From the NCBI GenBank assembly GCA_020629205.1, contig JAHDDV010000001.1, positions 1-60,579 of the forward strand: DNA of 60,579 nt, in the 5' to 3' direction. The notes beneath the pieces were generated by a model, which had not been told where the DNA came from, ran no database searches, and saw nothing but the letters and a program-made list of their open reading frames with translations. This document shows, piece after piece, positions 54,742 to 60,579 of the stretch. Origin of the DNA: Chitinophagales bacterium (lineage in GTDB: Bacteria; Bacteroidota; Bacteroidia; Chitinophagales; UBA2359). The stretch's first letter is position 1, and each line of letters begins with the position of its first letter. Made by a program: the position numbers and the translations under genes.

Positions 54742-55239
54742 ATGGATATTATATCTTCTCTCAGCCCTCAGAACATGCTACTACTGGCAGTGGCCATTAT
54801 TGTGATGGTGACCGTCTTCTTTAAAGTAGCAAGAAAGCTCTTTCGTATTATTGCTTTTATACTTCTGGGCTTAGTGGTGTACACACTATGGAGCGGTAAA
54901 GACCTGAAAGAAACAGTCGGGGACACTATTGAAGCTACGCTGCTTCGTAGACCAATTGCCAAAATGGTCTCTACCTGCGAAGGTGAAAAAGGCAATAAGG
55001 CCAAATGCGAATGCATCTACCTACCCCTGTATCAACAGTTGAGAAGCACCTATTCAGACAATGAAATCAGAAATCTGGAAAGTGATCGTGACGCAAAAAG
55101 AAAGGCCATCGCTGAAGCATACAGAAACAAGAAATCCATTGTCTCTGATTGTTTGAAAAGACGAGGGACAGAAGGAGGAGGCAAAGCCCTGAAAGCAGCA
55201 GTAAATATGCTAAACAACCTGGATGCAAGAAACCGATAG
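54742..55239 (+). CDS. Hypothetical membrane protein (2 TM + basic soluble tail)
   Basis: 165 aa, starting 4 nt after the preceding stop. No family recognised. Confidence 0.55.
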   Translation: MDIISSLSPQNMLLLAVAIIVMVTVFFKVARKLFRIIAFILLGLVVYTLWSGKDLKETVGDTIEATLLRRPIAKMVSTCEGEKGNKAKCECIYLPLYQQLRSTYSDNEIRNLESDRDAKRKAIAEAYRNKKSIVSDCLKRRGTEGGGKALKAAVNMLNNLDARNR

Positions 55240-55252
55240 AGCAACAATGTAA

Positions 55253-55849
55253 CTATCTTTCTGACCAATTGGCCAATAGAGACTGCTTTTGGCCTTCACT
55301 AAGAGCACTGGGATAATGGCCGGCGGCCAATTTCTGTCGAAGCGCCTCATAGACGGTTACAGCACATGCAACTGATATATTAAGACTCCTAATCATCCCG
55401 AATTGTGGGATGATAAAATTGCCATCCGATAAAGCAAGCGCCTCGTCGGTAACACCATCCTTTTCATTGCCGAAAACCAAGGCACAGCTCTGGCTGAAAT
55501 CCATATCATGAATAGGGACAGCCTCTGCGGATAGATGAGTAGAGTAGATCTTCCCATATTTGCGGCGCACGGCCTCAAAACAGGCCTCCAGTTCCTCAAA
55601 AAAATGGAGATCCAGCCACTTTGAGGCACTTGCCGAACTCTTTGCCCCAAACTTACCCCCACTCTTTAAGGTCTTACCAGACTGCGTCACCGTATTGAGG
55701 ATATATACCTCAGTGATGCCTACTGAATCACAAGATCGCAGGCAGGCTGCTATATTATGGGGATCATGAACATTCTCCATGATCACTGTCAGGTCATGTT
55801 GCCGGTTGTCTATCACCGATCGCATCCTCGCTTCTCTTTCTGGTGTCAT
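55253..55849 (-). CDS. SpoU/TrmH family RNA 2'-O-methyltransferase
   Basis: 198 aa with the SpoU motifs HDPHNIAACLRSCDSVGI, LVFGNEKDGV and IPQFGMIRSLNISVACAV. Confidence 0.85.
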   Translation of the reverse strand: MTPEREARMRSVIDNRQHDLTVIMENVHDPHNIAACLRSCDSVGITEVYILNTVTQSGKTLKSGGKFGAKSSASASKWLDLHFFEELEACFEAVRRKYGKIYSTHLSAEAVPIHDMDFSQSCALVFGNEKDGVTDEALALSDGNFIIPQFGMIRSLNISVACAVTVYEALRQKLAAGHYPSALSEGQKQSLLANWSER

Positions 55850-55855
55850 CTTCTC

Positions 55856-56560
55856 CTAGTCTAGCACAGAATACTCCGTGATACTTTGTACTGATCGAAT
55901 CTCAAAGCTATCCTCGCCCTGACCAACAATGGCCACATCGATGGATTCTACAAGACCGACATTATCGCTGTATGATCGCTCAGATTCAAACAGCTTTTGG
56001 AAGATGCCCTCCGAATCCATCGCATAGTAACTGTCTCGCATGCGTATAATGTTCCTGAAAAATTCAGATCCCACAAACTTTTCCTCATCTACCGCTAAGA
56101 CTTCATGGACAATTCTTGACTCTTCGCCAAAGAGCTCCTCCCACTGATCTCCCACTGCAGCTTCTGCACGCAAAAAGTTAGACTCATAAACAGCACTCAT
56201 ATCCAAGGTCTCTACTATGCTAAAGTATTGGCCATCCTCTTCACGAGTGAAAAATTGATCAGTTGTGCCATTTTCCTGAGACACCCGAAAGCTCTTGCCA
56301 AGAAGTGTGCTGTCATTTGGTGTCATATAAATGAACAAGCTGCTGGTGTCTTCTTCCTCAGTGATAATCTCATAGATCCAATAGTCATCGGCTGTCGAAG
56401 GAAAGTAGTTGTGCGTTGCCGTCTGAGCATCATTTGGATCATTATCATCATCTCCACACGAAGTCCAGATCAATGGCAAAAAGCAGACAACTAGCAATAG
56501 GATTGGGTGGTATACTTTTCTTTTCAAAACAAGATTTTGGTGACAAATGGAATTTTCCAA
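55856..56560 (-). CDS. Hypothetical lipoprotein
   Basis: It has a lipobox-like LIWTSCGDDD. The ORF start is TTG at 56560; an internal TTG at 56527 would give a more typical MKRK... signal peptide. No family recognised. Confidence 0.55.
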   Translation of the reverse strand: MENSICHQNLVLKRKVYHPILLLVVCFLPLIWTSCGDDDNDPNDAQTATHNYFPSTADDYWIYEIITEEEDTSSLFIYMTPNDSTLLGKSFRVSQENGTTDQFFTREEDGQYFSIVETLDMSAVYESNFLRAEAAVGDQWEELFGEESRIVHEVLAVDEEKFVGSEFFRNIIRMRDSYYAMDSEGIFQKLFESERSYSDNVGLVESIDVAIVGQGEDSFEIRSVQSITEYSVLD

Positions 56561-56631
56561 CTAGACTGACGGTTAAGCCTGTATGCCTTTCGATAAATGG
56601 CAGAATAACCTACAGTAAAGGTATAAATACT

Positions 56632-56639
56632 TATTTTTG
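56632..56639 (+). promoter_or_regulatory. Candidate -7 box (TATTTTTG) for valS
   Basis: Matches TAnnTTTG 19 nt upstream of the valS ATG. No clear -33 element. Confidence 0.3.
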
Positions 56640-56657
56640 CCCCAAAATTTGAATCCT

Positions 56658-59276
56658 ATGGAAATCGCAAAAACCTATAGTCCAAATGAGGTTGAAGATC
56701 GCTGGTACCGCTACTGGCTCGAAAACCAGGTCTTCAAGTCCACACCAGACGAAAGAGAGGCATACACTATCGTCATTCCTCCGCCAAATGTCACAGGTGT
56801 CTTGCACATGGGTCATATGCTTAACAACACCATTCAGGATTTATTGATCCGTCGCGCACGAATGCGTGGCTACAACGCCTGCTGGGTGCCGGGAACCGAT
56901 CACGCAAGCATCGCCACAGAAGCCAAAGTGGTCAACATGCTGGCCGAAAAAGGCATTAAGAAAGAGGACCTGACACGAGAGCAGTTCATGGAACACGCTT
57001 TCGAATGGAAAGAAAAGTACGGAGGAATCATCCTAAAGCAGTTGCAAAAGCTTGGTGCCTCCTGTGATTGGGATCGTACCCGATTTACTTTGGAGCCAAA
57101 GCTCTCGGATGCCGTAATCAAGGTTTTTGTTCAGCTATACGAAAAAGGCCTCATTTACAAGGGCTATAGAATGACCAATTGGGATCCTGTGGCCAAGACG
57201 GCCATTATGGACGAGGAAGTATACCACGAAGAACGGAATGCCAGATTGTACCATGTGCGCTATAAGATCGAAGGGACAGAAGATGAATGGGTAACCATCG
57301 CTACGACAAGGCCGGAGACCATTATGGGGGATACCGCCATTTGTTTCCACCCTGAAGATGAACGATACGCTCACCTCAAGGGTAAAAGAGCTATCATTCC
57401 GCTCATAAATCGCTCCATTGAATTCATCTACGACGAATATGTAGATATGGAGTTTGGTACCGGTGCCCTCAAAATTACACCCGCACATGACCCTAATGAT
57501 TATGTACTGGGTAAGAAGCACAATCTGGAGATCATCGATATCCTCAATGAGGACGCGACCCTAAACGAAAAAGCACAAATATACGTAGGTGAAGACCGAA
57601 AGGTAGCCCGAAAAAAGGTGGCCAAAGACCTCGAAGAAGCTGGCCATCTGGTTAAAGTCGAGGACCTTAGGCACAAGGTGGGCTTTAGCGAACGCACCAA
57701 GGTGGTCATTGAACCCCGACTCACCAGTCAGTGGTTTGTGAAGATGAAAACCTTGGCAGAACCAGCACTCAAGAGCGTTTTAGAAGAGGATATCAAGTTC
57801 TTTCCCAAAAACTACGAAAACCTCTATCGGCACTGGATGGAAGGCATTCACGATTGGTGTATTTCCCGTCAGCTTTGGTGGGGACAACGTATCCCGGTCT
57901 GGTACATCAATGATGATGAATTTGTAGTGGCTGAAAATGAAGCCGCTGCACTTGAAAAGGCTAGAGAAAAAACGAACAATCCGAATTTGCAGCTAGCTGA
58001 TCTACGGCAAGAAGAAGATGTAGTAGATACCTGGTTCTCCTCCTGGCTCTGGCCAATCTCAGTTTTCGATGGCTTCGAATCCGAAGAAGAACTCAACTAC
58101 TACTATCCAACTCAAGTGCTGGTAACAGGCTGGGATATTATCTTTTTCTGGGTAGCCAGAATGGTCATGGCCGGTATCGAATTCAAAGGTGAAAAACCAT
58201 TTAGCCATGTATACTTCACAGGCATGGTACGTGATACGCAGGGAAGAAAGATGTCCAAATCGCTGGGTAACTCGCCGGATCCACTGGATTTGATCTCCAA
58301 TTTTGGGGCTGATGCAGTACGTATCGGTCTGCTCTTCGCTTCCCCCGCCGGAGGTGATCTGCTATTCGATGACAAGCTATGTGATCAGGGCCGCAACTTT
58401 AGCAATAAGATCTGGAATGCACTACGCCTCATCAAAGGATGGGAAGTGAAACCAGGAGATAATCCAATCAATGTTCCGGCAATGGATTGGTTTGAAAATA
58501 AACTCTACAAAGTAATCGCTGAAACAGATACACAGTATGAAACCTATCGTATTTCAGAACTGCTGAAGCAACTTTATTCCTTTGTATGGAATGACTTCTG
58601 CTCTGTTTATCTGGAAATGGTGAAGCCGGACTTCGGTGAGCCCATCGACGAGTTTACATACGAAAAGACGGTATGGTTCTTTGGCGAATTGATGAAGCTG
58701 CTACATCCACTCATGCCGTTTATTACCGAGGAGATTTACCACCAACTTGAAGAGCGCTCGGCTGGGGATTGCATTGCATTGGCCAGCTATCCGATGACAG
58801 CCCCGCATGATGAAACAGCTCTGCAAAACGGCGAAATGGCTAAGGACATCATCTCAAGGATCCGTGATATTCGAAACAAGCAGGGACTGAAACAGAGAGA
58901 GCCGCTAAAGCTATATTACAATAGTGCGAACCTGCATACGCATGCAGAGTTTAAGGAACTCATCAAGCGTAAGGCATTCCTGGAGTGCTTCGAAGCTACG
59001 GACCAGGAAGTCGAAAATTCTGTCAACTTTATGATCGAAAAGGACAGCTTCTTTGTTGAGACAGGAAAGACGGTGGATGTGGAAACGGAGCTGAAGCGAT
59101 TGAAAGAAGAGCAGACCTACCTTACCGGATTCGCAAACTCAGTTCGCAAAAAATTGTCTAACGAACGCTTTGTGAACAATGCGCCGGAAGCGGTAGTCAA
59201 TAAAGAAAAGAAGAAACTGGAAGACGCAGAATCAAAGCTGCAAACCATTCAAGCAACGATTTCACAGCTTTCCTAA
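56658..59276 (+). CDS. valS: Valine--tRNA ligase
   Basis: HIGH-type motif PPNVTGVLHMGH, KMSKS, and a C-terminal coiled coil. I prefer the ATG at 56658 (MEIAKTYSPNEVEDRWY); the ORF track starts at 56637 on a non-ATG codon. Confidence 0.95.
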   Translation: MEIAKTYSPNEVEDRWYRYWLENQVFKSTPDEREAYTIVIPPPNVTGVLHMGHMLNNTIQDLLIRRARMRGYNACWVPGTDHASIATEAKVVNMLAEKGIKKEDLTREQFMEHAFEWKEKYGGIILKQLQKLGASCDWDRTRFTLEPKLSDAVIKVFVQLYEKGLIYKGYRMTNWDPVAKTAIMDEEVYHEERNARLYHVRYKIEGTEDEWVTIATTRPETIMGDTAICFHPEDERYAHLKGKRAIIPLINRSIEFIYDEYVDMEFGTGALKITPAHDPNDYVLGKKHNLEIIDILNEDATLNEKAQIYVGEDRKVARKKVAKDLEEAGHLVKVEDLRHKVGFSERTKVVIEPRLTSQWFVKMKTLAEPALKSVLEEDIKFFPKNYENLYRHWMEGIHDWCISRQLWWGQRIPVWYINDDEFVVAENEAAALEKAREKTNNPNLQLADLRQEEDVVDTWFSSWLWPISVFDGFESEEELNYYYPTQVLVTGWDIIFFWVARMVMAGIEFKGEKPFSHVYFTGMVRDTQGRKMSKSLGNSPDPLDLISNFGADAVRIGLLFASPAGGDLLFDDKLCDQGRNFSNKIWNALRLIKGWEVKPGDNPINVPAMDWFENKLYKVIAETDTQYETYRISELLKQLYSFVWNDFCSVYLEMVKPDFGEPIDEFTYEKTVWFFGELMKLLHPLMPFITEEIYHQLEERSAGDCIALASYPMTAPHDETALQNGEMAKDIISRIRDIRNKQGLKQREPLKLYYNSANLHTHAEFKELIKRKAFLECFEATDQEVENSVNFMIEKDSFFVETGKTVDVETELKRLKEEQTYLTGFANSVRKKLSNERFVNNAPEAVVNKEKKKLEDAESKLQTIQATISQLS

Positions 59277-59280
59277 TTTC

Positions 59281-59460
59281 TTTTTTTGGAGCCCGGCAGA
59301 TAGGGCCGTGGCGGCGACCTACCCGTGCTCCGCTAATACTCAGCACCCAGCTAGCTGCTCCAGCTCAGCCATTAGCGTCTCCTCCTATCGTCGGAGCCAC
59401 TACTGGCTGGCTTGCGCGACGCTATCAGGGCACTTCGTTCCGCTGCGCCCGGGGCTATTT
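59281..59460 (+). repeat. Interspersed intergenic repeat, copy F (short form; used here as the reference copy)
   Basis: Starts within 5 nt of the valS stop: TTTTTTTGGAGCCCGGCAG...CCCGTGCTCCGCTAATACTCAGCACCCAGCTAGCTGCTCCAGCTCAGCC...TCTCCTCCTATCGTCGGAGCC...GACGCTATCAGGGCACTTCGTTCCGCTGCGCCCGGGGCTATT. Confidence 0.88.
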
Positions 59461-59576
59461 AGCAAGGATCTTGGATCGCGCAAGAGAGAAACTTGTGCCT
59501 TGAAATCAATTTGTGGATAGTTTGACTGAAGTATCTTTATGGCCAGAAAAAATAATATCCAAATAATCGCTCCAGC

Positions 59577-60509
59577 ATGAAGGAGCTATACTTAGACCCG
59601 ATGAAAGCAAATATCTCTATGAACCTTCGACATTTTAGCCCCTATATTGTGCTCTTTGCAGCTATCTCTGTACTAGCTGCTTGTGCTGCAGGCAATGCAG
59701 CCAAGCGTATGCCAACCGAAAATTCTCTGCTATGGGAGATTACAGGCAAGGGCCTGGAAAAGCCATCTTACCTTTTTGGCACCATACACGCGATAGGAGA
59801 GTCGGACTTCTTTCTCCGGGAGGAAGTCAAAAATACCTTTGCAAATGCGGAGCGACTGGTCATGGAGGTCAAGATTGATGAGCCGGGCTTGCAGGCAAGC
59901 ATGCGTGAAAAAATGATCATGAGTGATGGTCAGTCATTGGATCAGCTGCTCTCAGCAGCGGAGTACGAGAAGCTAAAAGCCTTTATGCGAGAGAAGGCAG
60001 GCATGCCCGAATTGATGTACAATAAGGTCAAGCCTATGTTTGTGCAGTCCTTCATTTATCCTTCGATGATTGGAGAACCAATGAAGAGCTACGAAACTGT
60101 TTTCTCAGAAATGGCGACAGAGGCAGAAATGGACATCATGGGTCTCGAAACAGTGGATGAGCAACTCAGCTATGTAGATCAGATCTCGCTAGAAGATCAA
60201 CTGGAAATGCTCATGCAGGGTGTAGATGATTTTGATGGACAATTAGGGGAATGGAAGCAAATGGTTTCCCTGTATGTTTCGGAAGATATCGCTGGTTTAT
60301 CGGGCCTAATATCGGAAGAAAGCAAAGAGTATAAGAAGTTTGAAAAGAAACTTCTTGGCGAAAGAAACAAGAACTGGATAAGCCGAATCGGTACACATGT
60401 TCGTGCAGAGCCTAGTTTTATTGCCGTGGGTGCCGGTCACCTTGGTGGCAAGAATGGTGTCATTAGCCTTCTGAGAAAGGAAGGTTATGAGCTCCGGGCA
60501 TTGAAGTAA
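59577..60509 (+). CDS. TraB/GumN family protein (probable lipoprotein)
   Basis: 310 aa with LWEI.GKG...SYLFGTIH and AVGAGHLGGKNGVISLLRKEGYEL. The signal peptide contains LAACAAG. Confidence 0.8.
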   Translation: MKELYLDPMKANISMNLRHFSPYIVLFAAISVLAACAAGNAAKRMPTENSLLWEITGKGLEKPSYLFGTIHAIGESDFFLREEVKNTFANAERLVMEVKIDEPGLQASMREKMIMSDGQSLDQLLSAAEYEKLKAFMREKAGMPELMYNKVKPMFVQSFIYPSMIGEPMKSYETVFSEMATEAEMDIMGLETVDEQLSYVDQISLEDQLEMLMQGVDDFDGQLGEWKQMVSLYVSEDIAGLSGLISEESKEYKKFEKKLLGERNKNWISRIGTHVRAEPSFIAVGAGHLGGKNGVISLLRKEGYELRALK

Positions 60510-60579
60510 GTATCGCTTGATCTTAACCACAGAAATGCACGCAGTACCAAATGGTTACGGTCCCGCGATCGACGAACGG

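Noticed and set aside
59308-59520. Small ORFs spanning the interspersed repeat copies (59308-59520, 24243-24551, 39389-39754, 5-223, 7276-7461). They encode similar peptides (..SANTQHPASCSSSA..SSYRRS..WLACATLSGHFVPLRPGL).
   Set aside because: The similarity is a by-product of the nucleotide repeat. Several frames and both strands are open across the element. The starts are inconsistent: one ORF is just the read-through tail of the giant gene's alternate frame. Substitutions between copies show no bias toward synonymous positions.
1-60579. A search by eye for defence or mobile-element hallmarks: Cas proteins, restriction-modification, reverse transcriptase, integrase, transposase, phage structural genes and toxin-antitoxin pairs.
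   Set aside because: I found none. The only toxin-fold candidate is the solitary DUF4258 protein. The MORN/YwqK-type repeats are structural repeats here and are not part of a toxin-antitoxin pair.

Overview
This 60.6-kb chromosomal segment looks like Bacteroidota. The markers are T9SS type-B (CHU_C) C-terminal domains, a PorP/SprF gene, BshC, long-form signal peptidases, TAnnTTTG -7 boxes and little use of Shine-Dalgarno sites. I support 32 CDS, 2 tRNAs (Gly-GCC, Leu-UAA), several intrinsic terminators and two kinds of repeats.

Housekeeping genes (msrB/msrA, ltaE, bshC, a ubiD-family gene, two lepB copies, mutS, valS, a trmH-like gene, beta-carbonic anhydrase) are interleaved with accessory surface-protein loci.

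Four things stand out:
1. A 3063-aa protein (15140-24331) has a central 7 kb that encodes about 90 tandem Cys/Asp-rich 'CDDGDPCTxDxC' modules. It has an odd N-terminal domain, an internal signal-peptide-like segment, and a Cys-free, beta-barrel-like C-terminus instead of a T9SS CTD.
2. A highly conserved ~170-200-nt intergenic repeat family is present in 6 copies, one of them a divergent subfamily arranged as an inverted pair. A short GC-palindromic module also recurs only in intergenic DNA.
3. A 2801-aa protein (44064-52469) fuses a gingipain/C25-like domain with an intact His/Cys dyad to about 19 Cys-bracketed Ig-like modules and a type-B CTD. A cognate PorP/SprF gene follows it.
4. Several smaller oddities: a 584-aa protein with an AMP-nucleosidase-like C-terminal domain between bshC and a UbiD decarboxylase; a membrane-anchored DUF4258 toxin-fold protein; a sphingomyelinase-C-like/lysophospholipase/S8 protease operon; and a heptanucleotide microsatellite.

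I saw no CRISPR array, integrase, transposase, reverse transcriptase or recognisable defence system. All family assignments come from motif recognition by eye; no database search or folding was run. Repeat boundaries are accurate to about 5 nt.
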